Made by a program: the position numbers and the translations under genes. A stretch of DNA of 64,000 nt, taken from positions 20,895 to 84,894 of the forward strand of contig JAOAUK010000005.1 of NCBI GenBank assembly GCA_030157655.1. Direction: 5' to 3'. Each line of letters begins with the position of its first letter. The first letter of the stretch is position 1. Of this stretch, positions 40,026-50,314 are shown piece after piece. The stretch is from Polynucleobacter sp. (GTDB lineage Bacteria > Pseudomonadota > Gammaproteobacteria > Burkholderiales > Burkholderiaceae). The notes under the pieces are model-generated. The model worked only from the letters and a program-made list of their open reading frames with translations, did no database searches and was not told where the DNA came from.

Positions 40026-40445
40026 ATGAGATTTTTATTAAAAATTGCTGCTCTGACATTGCTCTGTATTCAGATTGCTTTTGCTCAGTCTTCTGATCAA
40101 GAGCAAATTAAACAGTTAATGAAGCATCAGTTCGATAAACCTCATGCGCCTTTATCTGTTGCCCCCATTGCTGTGGTTGGTGACCATGCTCTAGCTAGCT
40201 GGATTCAGGTTGAATCTGGCGGTAGAGCGCTATTGGTTCGCCACCACGGTAAATGGTCGATAGCTTTATGTGGCGGTGACGGTTTAACTAAGATAGATGT
40301 TTTGGAAAAAACTGGTATGTCTAAGCAGGTGGCAACTCAGTTATCTAAACAGCTCATTGACTCTGAATCTAAGCTATCGCCAAAACACAAAAAGATGTTC
40401 TCTATGTTTAAAGGAGAGGTAAAGGTTGATCACCATCAACACTAA
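40026..40445 (+). CDS. Exported copper-uptake-associated protein
   Basis: Signal peptide, FDKP..PL.V.P, W.Q...GGRALL, LCGGDGL, His-rich tail. Confidence 0.7.
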   Translation: MRFLLKIAALTLLCIQIAFAQSSDQEQIKQLMKHQFDKPHAPLSVAPIAVVGDHALASWIQVESGGRALLVRHHGKWSIALCGGDGLTKIDVLEKTGMSKQVATQLSKQLIDSESKLSPKHKKMFSMFKGEVKVDHHQH

Positions 40446-40474
40446 CTTCTTGTCGTCGTTTTATATTTAAAAGT

Positions 40475-40570
40475 ATGACTGATATTGAAAAAACTGTAGT
40501 GTATGTAACTGCTTATTTCACAATTCTTATTTTTGGGTTCATTAAGGTAGTTGCTAATAGTAGAAAATAA
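40475..40570 (+). CDS. Putative 31-aa single-pass membrane microprotein (not in ORF track)
   Basis: MTDIEKTVVYVTAYFTILIFGFIKVVANSRK; hydrophobic core and basic tail; no clear SD. Confidence 0.5.
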   Translation: MTDIEKTVVYVTAYFTILIFGFIKVVANSRK

Positions 40571-40606
40571 GTAATCATTAAAATGAATTAAACACAGGAG
40601 ATATAT

Positions 40607-41092
40607 ATGAAGAAATTATTAAGTTCTGTATTTGTTGTAACAGCTTTTATTGCAACTGCTGTATTTGCTGATGGCCATGAAGTAAAAGTCGGTAGCCTTA
40701 AAATCGAAGATGCAAAAGCACGTGCTACTGTGCCTGCTCAAAAAATGAGTGGAGGTTTCTTAAAGATTGAAAACAAGGGCGCAGCAGACAAATTGGTAGG
40801 TGCTTCATCATCTGCATCCAAGACTATGGAATTACATACCATGTCGATGGAAGGCAATGTTATGAAGATGCGTGAGATCAAGGCTATTGATATTCCGGCA
40901 AATGGCAAGGTTGAGCTTAAGTCTGGTGGTTTACATCTCATGTTTATTGATCTTAATGGCCAATTAAAGCCAGGCTCTACGATTAATGTAAAGCTCAAGT
41001 TTGAAAAAGCTGGTGAAGTAGAAGTGCCATTCAAAGTCATGGGTCATCCAGCTCACGGCGAACCAGGGCATGACCACTCTAAGCATCACTAA
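40607..41092 (+). CDS. Periplasmic copper chaperone PCu(A)C
   Basis: ELHTM....VMKM and GGLHLM copper motif; signal peptide; CAGGAG RBS. Confidence 0.92.
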   Translation: MKKLLSSVFVVTAFIATAVFADGHEVKVGSLKIEDAKARATVPAQKMSGGFLKIENKGAADKLVGASSSASKTMELHTMSMEGNVMKMREIKAIDIPANGKVELKSGGLHLMFIDLNGQLKPGSTINVKLKFEKAGEVEVPFKVMGHPAHGEPGHDHSKHH

Positions 41093-41111
41093 TCTTTACG
41101 ATCTAAGTATC

Positions 41112-41142
41112 AAAGCCGTATGAGTTTCATACGGCTTTTTTT
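41112..41142 (+). terminator. Intrinsic terminator of copper operon
   Basis: AAAGCCGTATGA-GTT-TCATACGGCTTTTTTT. Confidence 0.85.
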
Positions 41143-41237
41143 ATGCTCGATCTTTCGTGAAGTTTCCAGGCATTAACAATACAAGGTAAAGTTGAGCCTA
41201 ATTCTTGGGATTCTTGTTAATAGATAGAAAGTAATAG

Positions 41238-42476
41238 ATGTCAGCAGAGCGTATGAACGAGTGGGATGCCATTGTGATTGGTGGCGGTGCTGCTGGCTTA
41301 TTTTGTGCAGGGGTGGCGGGTCAACTAGGTCAAAAAGTCTTGGTTCTAGATCATGCTGAAGTGCTGGGTGAAAAGATTCGTATTAGTGGTGGTGGTCGAT
41401 GCAACTTCACTAACATGCATAGTAGCCCAGCCAATTTTCTATCCCTAAATCCTAATTTCGTGAAAAGTGCTTTATCGAAGTACAAGCCAAAAGATTTCAT
41501 TGAATTAGTCAAAAGCTACAACATACCTTTTCATGAGAAACACAAAGGCCAACTATTTTGTGATGTATCGGCAAAGCAGATTGTCGATATGCTCTTTGCA
41601 GAGTGCGCTAAGGGTGGTGTAGTGATTAAAAACCCTGTCACAGTAGAGTCGATTCATCAGTTTAATCAATCTGATGCTTCTGGAATGTTGTGGCAAGTGG
41701 TCACCAATCAAGGCACTGAAACAACTAAAGCTATTGTGATGGCCACAGGTGGTCTGCCAGTACCGGCGATTGGTGCAACAGACTTTGCTCTAGATATTGC
41801 TAAACAATTCGATTTGCCCGTTGTTGAGGTGAGACCTGCCTTGGTGCCGTTGTCATTCACATCAGATGAGTTTGCAAATCTCAGTGAGCTATCCGGTTTG
41901 AGTGTTCCGGTTAAAGTTAGCTCTGGTCAAAAGGGGCAGCGTTATGGAGCTTGCCATTTTGATGAGGACTTATTGCTAACTCATAAAGGCTTGTCAGGCC
42001 CTGCGATTTTGCAAGGCAGTAGCTATTGGCATGAGGGAGAAGTGATTCAGGTCAACTGGTTAAACGATGTTGATTGTGATGAGCTATTCAATGATGATGC
42101 TAATCGCCTCAAACTCACGGAAAACATCTTGGGTATTGTTTTCCCGCAACGCTTGGCTAAAGCGTTTGCGGAACAAAAGAATTTATTAGGGCGCAAATGG
42201 GCCGAAGTAGGCAAGAAAGATCGTCAAGCTCTTAAAGATCTCTTAACTCGTTGGTCGGTTAAGCCTGCTGGCACATTGGGTTGGAAAAAAGCAGAGGTTA
42301 TGCTGGGTGGTGTTGATACAAAAGCGCTAGATGGTCAAACCATGATGTCGAAGCAACATCCTGGTTTGTACTTCATTGGTGAGTGTGTTGATGTCACAGG
42401 ACATCTAGGTGGGCATAACTTCCAGTGGGCTTGGGCAAGCGGGTTTGCTTGCGCGCAGGCTTTAGCAGGGAAATAA
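41238..42476 (+). CDS. HI0933/YhiN/BaiN-family flavoprotein
   Basis: IGGGAAG, KIRISGGGRCNFTN, THKGLSGPA, GECVDVTGHLGGHNFQWAWASG. Confidence 0.92.
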   Translation: MSAERMNEWDAIVIGGGAAGLFCAGVAGQLGQKVLVLDHAEVLGEKIRISGGGRCNFTNMHSSPANFLSLNPNFVKSALSKYKPKDFIELVKSYNIPFHEKHKGQLFCDVSAKQIVDMLFAECAKGGVVIKNPVTVESIHQFNQSDASGMLWQVVTNQGTETTKAIVMATGGLPVPAIGATDFALDIAKQFDLPVVEVRPALVPLSFTSDEFANLSELSGLSVPVKVSSGQKGQRYGACHFDEDLLLTHKGLSGPAILQGSSYWHEGEVIQVNWLNDVDCDELFNDDANRLKLTENILGIVFPQRLAKAFAEQKNLLGRKWAEVGKKDRQALKDLLTRWSVKPAGTLGWKKAEVMLGGVDTKALDGQTMMSKQHPGLYFIGECVDVTGHLGGHNFQWAWASGFACAQALAGK

Positions 42477-43874
42477 GTCGCCTTTTTGAGGTGTCACCAC
42501 ATTTGCCCAGTGCAATTCTTGTTTGATCACTTCGGCAAAGTTAGTGCTTGCATGTGATTCACCATGAATCACAAATACTTTCTCGGGCGCTTCTTTAAAT
42601 CCCTTGAGCCATTTGATCAAGCCTGCCTGATCGGCATGCGCAGATAATCCGCCAATGGTGTGCACAGAAGCTTTTACGGAAACCTCTTTGCCCATCACCT
42701 TAACAACCGTTGCTTTATCAACTAAGCGTCTACCTAATGTGCCCATCGCTTGAAAGCCAGTAATGATGATGGCGTTTTGGCTGTGAGGAAGGTTCCAGGC
42801 TAAATGATGAACGATTCTGCCAGCCTCACACATGCCACTAGCGGAAATAATGATGGCGCCACCTTTAATGCGGTTTAAGGCTTTGGATTCTTCGACATCG
42901 GCTACGAACTTCAAATCGATGGCGTTATGGTTCTCTTTAAACCAAGAGAAGTTACCCTGTGCCTCGTTATCTAAATCCTCAAAGTACTTTTCAGTTAAGT
43001 GTGTGGCCGCTGTAGCCATAGGGGAGTCAACCCAGATATTTAGATGCGGTAGGCGACCAAATCTAACTAAGCCGATCAAAATTAATAAAATTTCTTGAAC
43101 TCTGCCAACCGCAAAGGCGGGCATCACAATATTGCCACCATGTTTCATGGTCTCGGTGATCACTTCAACCAATTCATCTTCAGTGGCCTGCAATGTGCGA
43201 TGTAGGCGATCGCCGTAAGTTGATTCAACTAACAAAACATCCGCTGATTCAATCAAATCAGGGTCTGGCATTAACGGCCTATTAAACATGCCTAAATCGC
43301 CAGAGGAAACAATTCGTTTTTTCTTATCGTCTTGCTCAACATCTATCACTGCAATCGCTGAACCTAGGATATGACCTGCATTTCTAAAATGCGCCTCAAT
43401 ACCTGGGATTGGTTCAAAAACCTGACCATACTCATAAGCTTTTAGTTGCCCTAGGCATTCTGTAGCCTGTTTGACCGTATAAAGAACAGTGGGTAAGTCG
43501 CCACGCCATTTGCCTAAGTTATTTTTTCTGTCAGCCCGAGCAAAATCAGTTTCTTGGATGTGTGCGCTATCTAACAGAAGTATCTTTAATAATTCTTGAG
43601 TAGCTTTTGTGCAGTAAATGGTGCCTTTGAATCCCTCAGCGCAAAGGCGGGGTAATAAGCCGCTGTGATCAATGTGAGCATGAGTCAAGATCACAAAATC
43701 TAAATCAGCTGGGTTAAAGGGTAGGCTTTCTACATTCTTATCAGTCGCATCTCTGCCGCCCTGAAACATACCGTAATCAATCATGAAGCAAAATTTCTTG
43801 CCCTTGATTTCTCCTTCAAGGTAATGGCGTGAGCCAGTTACTTCGCCTGCGGCACCAAAAAACTTGATATGCAT
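42462..43874 (-). CDS. Metallo-beta-lactamase/beta-CASP ribonuclease-family protein
   Basis: GAAGEVTGS, THAHIDHSG, AGHILGS, ESTYGDR, SASGM, SAHAD. Confidence 0.92.
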   Translation of the reverse strand: MHIKFFGAAGEVTGSRHYLEGEIKGKKFCFMIDYGMFQGGRDATDKNVESLPFNPADLDFVILTHAHIDHSGLLPRLCAEGFKGTIYCTKATQELLKILLLDSAHIQETDFARADRKNNLGKWRGDLPTVLYTVKQATECLGQLKAYEYGQVFEPIPGIEAHFRNAGHILGSAIAVIDVEQDDKKKRIVSSGDLGMFNRPLMPDPDLIESADVLLVESTYGDRLHRTLQATEDELVEVITETMKHGGNIVMPAFAVGRVQEILLILIGLVRFGRLPHLNIWVDSPMATAATHLTEKYFEDLDNEAQGNFSWFKENHNAIDLKFVADVEESKALNRIKGGAIIISASGMCEAGRIVHHLAWNLPHSQNAIIITGFQAMGTLGRRLVDKATVVKVMGKEVSVKASVHTIGGLSAHADQAGLIKWLKGFKEAPEKVFVIHGESHASTNFAEVIKQELHWANVVTPQKGDLFPC

Positions 43875-43885
43875 TCTGACCTTAA

Positions 43886-44437
43886 TTAGTCGTTAAGGGA
43901 TTTTTGTAGGGCCTTAATGATGTCATCAACATCATTAATTATTTCTGCGCCATTCAAATGATCACCATTCAGAAAACCATGTTCGTCTGCTTGCTTCAAA
44001 AAAGCAAGTAATTTGTCGTAATAGCCGCCCCAGTTGGCAATGATGATGGGCTTTTGATGTGCACCCACTTGTAGGCCTGTCCACACTTCGAATAATTCAT
44101 CTAAGGTGCCAAAGCCACCTGGTAAGACTAAGAATGCATCTGATTTTTCAATCATTAGGCGTTTGCGTTCAATGATGTCATCCACCACAAAGAGTTCTGT
44201 GAGTTCTTGCTGAATAGGCTCGCGCGCAGTCAATCCTGTTGGGATCACGCCAATCACACTGCCTTTTTCTTCGAGGGCAGCTTTAGCAACAGCACCCATG
44301 AGGCCCAATCTGCCACCGCCAAAAACAACACCATAACTAGCATTAGCAATCGCTCTACCCATGTCGGCAGCTTTAGCGATGGTGTCTAGATTATCTCCAT
44401 CTCTAGACCCGCAAAATACACAAATATTTTTTTTCAT
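43886..44437 (-). CDS. LOG-family (TIGR00730) nucleotide phosphoribohydrolase
   Basis: ICVFCGS, GGG.LGLMG, PGGFGTLDELFE. Confidence 0.92.
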   Translation of the reverse strand: MKKNICVFCGSRDGDNLDTIAKAADMGRAIANASYGVVFGGGRLGLMGAVAKAALEEKGSVIGVIPTGLTAREPIQQELTELFVVDDIIERKRLMIEKSDAFLVLPGGFGTLDELFEVWTGLQVGAHQKPIIIANWGGYYDKLLAFLKQADEHGFLNGDHLNGAEIINDVDDIIKALQKSLND

Positions 44438-44553
44438 ACCTCAAGCATAATCCACTCTGATGCCCATTTTGAATATAGGGTGTCTGGGAGTAAGATTTAG
44501 CCCATTAATTGGTTGCAAACCCTTGCTTTAATCAAACGATCTGAAAGATACAT

Positions 44554-44931
44554 ATGCTGTCATCCATCATAGCTATTAGCGCTGGTGCCTCTTTGGGCGC
44601 ATTGCTACGTTGGTTCTTAGGTTTGGGCTTAAATGCTATTTGGGCAACCATGCCATTGGGCACTTTGACTGCCAATTTAATTGGTGGTTACCTAATTGGT
44701 TTAGCAATCAGTTTCTTCGAGGCTAACGTTGGACTTCCTGCTGAGTGGAAGTTATTTGTTATCACAGGATTTTTGGGTGGCTTAACAACATTTTCAACAT
44801 TTAGCGCTGAAGTAATTGCAATTTTGCAATCAGGTTCATATCTCAGAGCATTTGCAACTATTAGCTTTCATGTTTTAGGTTCCTTGGCTTTGACCTTGTT
44901 GGGTATGGCTAGTTATCAGTGGCTTAAATAA
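44554..44931 (+). CDS. crcB: Fluoride channel Fluc/CrcB
   Basis: GALLRW, GTLTANLIG, TGFLGGLTTFSTFSAE. Confidence 0.95.
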   Translation: MLSSIIAISAGASLGALLRWFLGLGLNAIWATMPLGTLTANLIGGYLIGLAISFFEANVGLPAEWKLFVITGFLGGLTTFSTFSAEVIAILQSGSYLRAFATISFHVLGSLALTLLGMASYQWLK

Positions 44932-45008
44932 GAATCGCAATAAGTGTGAACTGAAAGAAGTTACAAAAATAATCTCATTTAATATATTAAAAAATAGGAG
45001 ACTTAAAA

Positions 45009-45311
45009 ATGATCTTAGAAATTGTTGATATCAGCATAGATCCAGCTAAAAAGGCTGATTTTGAAAAAGCAGTTGCTGCGGGTATTGCAGATGCAATTGC
45101 ACCAGCTAAAGGTTTTCGTGGCTATAAGCTCAATGCTGGTATTGAAAAGCCAGGCCGTTATATCTTGATGATCTATTGGGATACTTTAGAAAATCACACG
45201 GTCGACTTTAGAGAGTCAGAGGCATTCCCGCGTTGGCGTGGTCATGTAGGCCCATTCTTCTTGAGTCCTCCAACTGTTGAACACTTCACATTGGCTCACA
45301 AATCAGAATAA
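45009..45311 (+). CDS. Antibiotic biosynthesis monooxygenase (ABM) family protein
   Basis: MILE, W.TLENHTVDFRES, P.VEHF; AGGAG RBS. Confidence 0.85.
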   Translation: MILEIVDISIDPAKKADFEKAVAAGIADAIAPAKGFRGYKLNAGIEKPGRYILMIYWDTLENHTVDFRESEAFPRWRGHVGPFFLSPPTVEHFTLAHKSE

Positions 45312-45338
45312 CTCTTTGTAAATATTAGTTACTAAGAA

Positions 45339-46214
45339 CTAAGAGCTAATGGCTGATGTGGTGATTTGGTGCGTTAGCTCCACATCACAAACATCTAGTT
45401 CACCATAAATCGGCATAGCATCTTTAGGTGAAGGTGCTACTGCCAAAGGAATATGTCCCTCTGTGGCAAGTAATCCTGAGGTTGGGTCTAGACCAATCCA
45501 ACCTGCGCCTGGGATGAATACTTCGCACCAAGCGTGTAACTCAGCAACTTGTTCCTTGCTGCTTTGTGGGCTGTTTAAGTTATGCCAGTCAGGTTTAACT
45601 TCAATCAGATAACCAGAAACAAATCTCGCAGCAATGCCTAATTGTCTACATAGCTGGACCAACAACCATGTTGAGTCACGGCAGGAGCCATAACCTAGTT
45701 GCAATGTTTGTTCTGCTGTTTGAACGCCTGGTTCATGACGAACTAGATAACGAATTCTGTTAAATACCAACTGATTTAGATAAACAATGTACTCAATGCT
45801 GCGGCGACGTTCTTGAGGAATCTTTTCAACAAATGCTTTAAATAAAGGACCTGTCTCAGATACGGTTAGGTATTGAGATAGCTCATTCTTTAATGACTCT
45901 TCATAGTTGAAGGGGTGGTGAACAGCTGAAGGATCTAAGAAGAAATCAAACGGATTAATAGGTTTCAGTTCTGCGGAAATTTTGACGTTGATATCAAAAA
46001 AATTAGTTTTTTCAGTAAACGTTACTTTAGCAACATGATTTAAAAATTCATCTTGTTGCCACTCAATCAGGTAAGAGGTCGGTTGAATATCTAGCTTGAA
46101 TGAATTAATGAATGTTCTGCAGTGTGGAGCTGGGTGTAATTTAATAATTTGTGGCCCCAGCTTGACCTCACTGCTATAGCGATACTTGGTTGTGTGAGTA
46201 AGGGCTACATTCAT
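45339..46214 (-). CDS. Transglutaminase-like protein (Bact_transglu_N + core)
   Basis: H.T.Y.Y, PAPHCRT, GSCRDS, ARFVSGY, LHAWCEV, GWIGLDPT. Confidence 0.9.
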   Translation of the reverse strand: MNVALTHTTKYRYSSEVKLGPQIIKLHPAPHCRTFINSFKLDIQPTSYLIEWQQDEFLNHVAKVTFTEKTNFFDINVKISAELKPINPFDFFLDPSAVHHPFNYEESLKNELSQYLTVSETGPLFKAFVEKIPQERRRSIEYIVYLNQLVFNRIRYLVRHEPGVQTAEQTLQLGYGSCRDSTWLLVQLCRQLGIAARFVSGYLIEVKPDWHNLNSPQSSKEQVAELHAWCEVFIPGAGWIGLDPTSGLLATEGHIPLAVAPSPKDAMPIYGELDVCDVELTHQITTSAISS

Positions 46215-46266
46215 AAATATGGTGGAATGAAAATTAATTAATTGCGTCTAGTGTAAGGTCAAAAAA

Positions 46267-46297
46267 TTATGGGGCTTAATCATATTAAGCCCCATAA
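46267..46297 (-). terminator. Probable terminator after trhP
   Basis: TTATGGGGCTTAAT-CAT-ATTAAGCCCCATAA hairpin flanked by an A-run. Confidence 0.65.
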
Positions 46298-46333
46298 GAT
46301 AACAATCAAGTAATTTATGCATCAAATTGGTGA

Positions 46334-47635
46334 TTAGGCTTCCATGATGGGGATTTGCTCAATCTTTGAAGCATTCTCTTGCTCTGTGTAGCGAGCCAAG
46401 AAGGCGCCATTAGATGTTAGAGGTAATTTGGCCCAAACAGTATAGCCAGCGCCCGGAACAACGCGCATTGGCTCACCTTTTTGATTGAAAATCTCTTGCA
46501 CAACAAAGTCGGTGTTGCCACTTGGTTGGATGATTTCTAACTTATCACCTACTGCAAAACGATTCTTAACTTCAATCTTGACTAGTTGCTTCTCATTGTC
46601 AACATCCACAACATTGCCAACGTAAAGACTGCGGCCAGATAGTGAGAAGCCGCGCAAGTAGTTTTGGTGATCCTTGTCAGGGTGGCGTACATAGAAGCCA
46701 TCTGTATAACCACGATTTGCCAAACCTTCTAGATGACCCATTAATTCAGGGTTGAACGGGCGACCCGCTACTGCATCATCAATGGCTGAACGATAAGCTT
46801 GTGCAGTGCGTGCAACATAGTATGGTGACTTGGTTCTTCCTTCAATCTTGAAGGAGTCAATGCCCATTTCTGTGAGGCGTTGAACGTGTTCAATAGCACG
46901 TAAATCTTTAGAGTTCAAAATATATGTGCCATGCATATCTTCTTCGATAGGCATCCATTCACCAGGTCGATTACCTTCTTCAAGAAGATAAATGTCGCCT
47001 GTAGCATCTTCGGTGGCTTGAGCCACTTTGTAATCCCAGCGACATGAGTTAGTGCATGTGCCTTGGTTAGGGTCGCGGTGATTGAAGTAACCAGACAACA
47101 AGCAGCGGCCAGAGTAGGCGATACACAAGGCACCATGAATAAATACTTCGATTTCCATCTCTGGACAATCTTGGCGAACAGCCTCGATCTCATCTAAAGA
47201 CAGCTCACGTGACAGAATCACGCGGCTCACGCCCACTGAACGCCAGAATTTTGCGGCGTGACCATTCACTGTATTGGCTTGTACTGATAAGTGAATTGGC
47301 ATATCAGGCCAGTTCTCGCGAACTAACATAATCAAACCAGGATCAGACATGATCAATGCATCTGGTTTCAGAGCAATCACGGGCTCCATATCTTTCACGT
47401 AAGTGCGTGTTTTTGCGCCGTGAGGGAAGATGTTGGAAACGAGATAAAAATTCTTACCTTGAGCGTGTGCGGTATCAATGCCTTCGCGCAATACTTCGAT
47501 GTTGCCAAAGTCATTGTTGCGAACGCGCAATGAATAGCGAGGTTGACCAGCGTAGACAGCCGTCGCACCAAAGTCGAAGGCTGTGTTGAGCATGGTGAGG
47601 CTGCCAGCAGGAGCTAAAAGTTCAGGTGTTTTCAT
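46334..47635 (-). CDS. trhP: U32 peptidase-family tRNA hydroxylation protein (YegQ)
   Basis: PELLAPAG, YAGQPRYSLRVRNN, HGALCIAYSGRCLLS, CTNSCRW, KIEGRTKS. Confidence 0.93.
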   Translation of the reverse strand: MKTPELLAPAGSLTMLNTAFDFGATAVYAGQPRYSLRVRNNDFGNIEVLREGIDTAHAQGKNFYLVSNIFPHGAKTRTYVKDMEPVIALKPDALIMSDPGLIMLVRENWPDMPIHLSVQANTVNGHAAKFWRSVGVSRVILSRELSLDEIEAVRQDCPEMEIEVFIHGALCIAYSGRCLLSGYFNHRDPNQGTCTNSCRWDYKVAQATEDATGDIYLLEEGNRPGEWMPIEEDMHGTYILNSKDLRAIEHVQRLTEMGIDSFKIEGRTKSPYYVARTAQAYRSAIDDAVAGRPFNPELMGHLEGLANRGYTDGFYVRHPDKDHQNYLRGFSLSGRSLYVGNVVDVDNEKQLVKIEVKNRFAVGDKLEIIQPSGNTDFVVQEIFNQKGEPMRVVPGAGYTVWAKLPLTSNGAFLARYTEQENASKIEQIPIMEA

Positions 47636-47753
47636 AGCCCGTATTTTAGGTGTTTTCAGGCTTTTTTGCCCGCTAAGCCGCTACAAAGCTTGGGGATATT
47701 TCAGATCGTGAATCAAAAATCCTGATTCATCAGGCTTTTAACAGATTTATCTT

Positions 47754-48488
47754 CTAAAAGCGCTCGTTAGGCCCTAAATGACGCCATTGACCAACTGGTA
47801 AATTGCCTAAGGGTATTTGTCCAATACGAATGCGTTTAAGACCAATTACTTTTAAACCAACTAATTCGCACATGCGACGAATTTGACGTTTTTTACCTTC
47901 ACGCAGAACGAAGCGCAATTGATCTGTATTTTGCCAACTAACTTTGGCTGGTTTTAGTGCTACATCATCTAACTTGAGACCGTGGTTAAGCAAACGCAGA
48001 CCTTCGGCTGTTAATGAACCTTCTACACGGACTAAATACTCTTTTTCAATCGGGCTGTTTTCGCCAATTAATAACTTGGCGATACGACCATCTTGGGTTA
48101 ACACCAACAGACCGCTTGAATCAATATCTAAACGACCAGCGGGCGCTAAGCCACGTGTATTGAATTTACCTGGCAGGTTAGCTGACAGTTGATGAACAAA
48201 TTGATTTTCTGGGGTAATTAGGGATGCAGCTGGTTTGTATTCTCGATCTTCATCAAAGTGAGAAATATATCCAACTGGTTTATTCAGAATAATCGTATAG
48301 CGACGCGCTTGCTGAGCAATCGCAGCTTTTTTTAATTCAATCTTCTGATGAGGGTAGGCGCGGGCACCTAGCTCGCTGACCACTTCGCCGTCGACCAAGA
48401 CTAAGCCTTGCTCAATATAGTTATCGGCTTCTCGTCTTGAGCAAATACCTTGCTCTGACATCAATTTTGAAATGCGTACTTTTTCCAC
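47754..48488 (-). CDS. RsuA/RluB/RluF-family pseudouridine synthase with S4 domain
   Basis: [34 protein letters not shown]. Confidence 0.92.
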   Translation of the reverse strand: MEKVRISKLMSEQGICSRREADNYIEQGLVLVDGEVVSELGARAYPHQKIELKKAAIAQQARRYTIILNKPVGYISHFDEDREYKPAASLITPENQFVHQLSANLPGKFNTRGLAPAGRLDIDSSGLLVLTQDGRIAKLLIGENSPIEKEYLVRVEGSLTAEGLRLLNHGLKLDDVALKPAKVSWQNTDQLRFVLREGKKRQIRRMCELVGLKVIGLKRIRIGQIPLGNLPVGQWRHLGPNERF

Positions 48489-48506
48489 AGACAGATTATC
48501 GCTTAC

Positions 48507-50273
48507 TTATTGACTGTTCTCTTTAAATGACTCGGTTAGAGCAATTTGTAGCTTGGCGTGGATTTTTACTAATTGCTTGCGCAGTAAGTAAATCACGGTG
48601 CCCATGAAAATCGCCAAAATAAACAACATACCCACTGGCGGCAAGATGCTAGAGCTGAGTGCTGAAACCAATAGTAAAAGTGCAATGATTGCCAATACTG
48701 GCATCATTTGCGCAAATAATTGATGAATCGCAGCACGATCACTCTCTGAATAATTTCCTGAGTGGCTGCGCACATCTGCCAATAACAAGCCTAGAGCTTC
48801 TAGTTTTCTGTAAATGGCAAACATGAATGGTGCTGATAGCAATAGACTCATGCCCCACATTGCAGCTTGTTGGTAGGTTTCGGTAAACCAGATGAGGTGT
48901 CCGGTATCCACATATTCATTAATAAAGGTAAATAATTTGGTGGCCGATAGGAATAGAGCAATCACCACACAAGTATTTACAAACACATGAAAGCTAATTC
49001 TTCTAACGAATGGTCTTAAATCACTGCGCAATTGATTATCAGAACGAATTTCACTCATCCATTCTGAGTACTGCACAAGTACATTCTTAATAGGACTTGG
49101 GATGCGAGCCCCCATCCAATTGCTAAAAGGATCTGATCCTTTGATCAGGTAGGGTGTAAATAATGTTGTGATTGTTGATACAGCCACTACGATTGGATAG
49201 AGGAAGTCGCTAGTAACATTCAGCGCTAAGCCTAATGAAGCGATGATGAATGAAAATTCACCGATTTGAGCTTTACCCATACCCACGCGCATGGAGGTGA
49301 TGCCATCATGACCTGTGATGAATGTGCCCATGCTACAAGTGATCACTTTGCCGACAATCACGGCAAAGCTAATCAAGGTGATTGGTAAGGCATATTTCCA
49401 GATAACGCTAGGGTCTAGCAAAAGACCAATGGTCACAAAGAAAATCGCAATGAACATGTCTTTAACAGGTTCAATTAACTTTTCAATCGTATGTATGTGA
49501 CGTGACTCTGCCATCATTGCACCCACCAAGAAGGCGCCAAGAGCCACGCTGTATTCCATTTTCATGACCAGCAAGCAAAAGCCAAAGCAAAGACCTAGTA
49601 CAGTGACCAGTAGCATTTCTTTACGATGAAACTTTGCCACCAAATTAAGTAGGCGAGGCACTAACAAAATGCCTACTGCTAGAGACACTGTCATAAAAAG
49701 GATTAGTTCACCCACGGTCATGGCCGCATCAATAGCTTCTAGTTGACCCGTTGTGGCAATACCTGTGAGCATCACAATCAAGCTAATCGCCAAAATATCC
49801 TCAACAATTAAGATGCCGTAAATTAAATTGGCAAATTTTTCTTTTTTAAGGCCCAGCTCTTCGAGTGCTTTGACAGTGATGGTGGTTGAGGAGATTGCCA
49901 TCATAGCGCCTAAGAAAATCGAATCCATCGGCGTCCAGCTAAAAAAGCGACCGATTTCATAGCCCACCCAAATCAATACGACGATTTGAGCGGTTGCCGC
50001 CACAAAGGCCGTGGCACCAACTTTTGCTAATTTACGCAGACTAAATTCAAGCCCTAGACCAAACATCAAAAACACCACGCCTAGCTCGCCAAGCGTTTTG
50101 ATGGTCTTTTCATCAGAGATAAATGGCACAGCGGATGTATAAGGACCGATAATGAGGCCTGCGATGATGTAGCCGAGAACAACAGGTTGCTTTAAGTAAT
50201 GGAAGATCACGGTAACGACCCCAGCGACCAACATGATCACCGCCAAGTCTTTAATGAAATCTACTCCATGCAT
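48507..50273 (-). CDS. Cation:proton antiporter (CPA2 family)
   Basis: QPVVLGY, LGLEFS, ISSTTI, ILIVED, QIGEFSFIIA. Confidence 0.9.
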   Translation of the reverse strand: MHGVDFIKDLAVIMLVAGVVTVIFHYLKQPVVLGYIIAGLIIGPYTSAVPFISDEKTIKTLGELGVVFLMFGLGLEFSLRKLAKVGATAFVAATAQIVVLIWVGYEIGRFFSWTPMDSIFLGAMMAISSTTITVKALEELGLKKEKFANLIYGILIVEDILAISLIVMLTGIATTGQLEAIDAAMTVGELILFMTVSLAVGILLVPRLLNLVAKFHRKEMLLVTVLGLCFGFCLLVMKMEYSVALGAFLVGAMMAESRHIHTIEKLIEPVKDMFIAIFFVTIGLLLDPSVIWKYALPITLISFAVIVGKVITCSMGTFITGHDGITSMRVGMGKAQIGEFSFIIASLGLALNVTSDFLYPIVVAVSTITTLFTPYLIKGSDPFSNWMGARIPSPIKNVLVQYSEWMSEIRSDNQLRSDLRPFVRRISFHVFVNTCVVIALFLSATKLFTFINEYVDTGHLIWFTETYQQAAMWGMSLLLSAPFMFAIYRKLEALGLLLADVRSHSGNYSESDRAAIHQLFAQMMPVLAIIALLLLVSALSSSILPPVGMLFILAIFMGTVIYLLRKQLVKIHAKLQIALTESFKENSQ

Positions 50274-50314
50274 CGTTTTTCTCTCTTTTTTAATTCAACC
50301 GCGATAATGTCATT

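Noticed and set aside
44370-44553. Fluoride riboswitch upstream of crcB
   Set aside because: GCGATGGTGT near 44377 lies inside the LOG gene and lacks the pairing strand and downstream CTGATGAC..CTAC element
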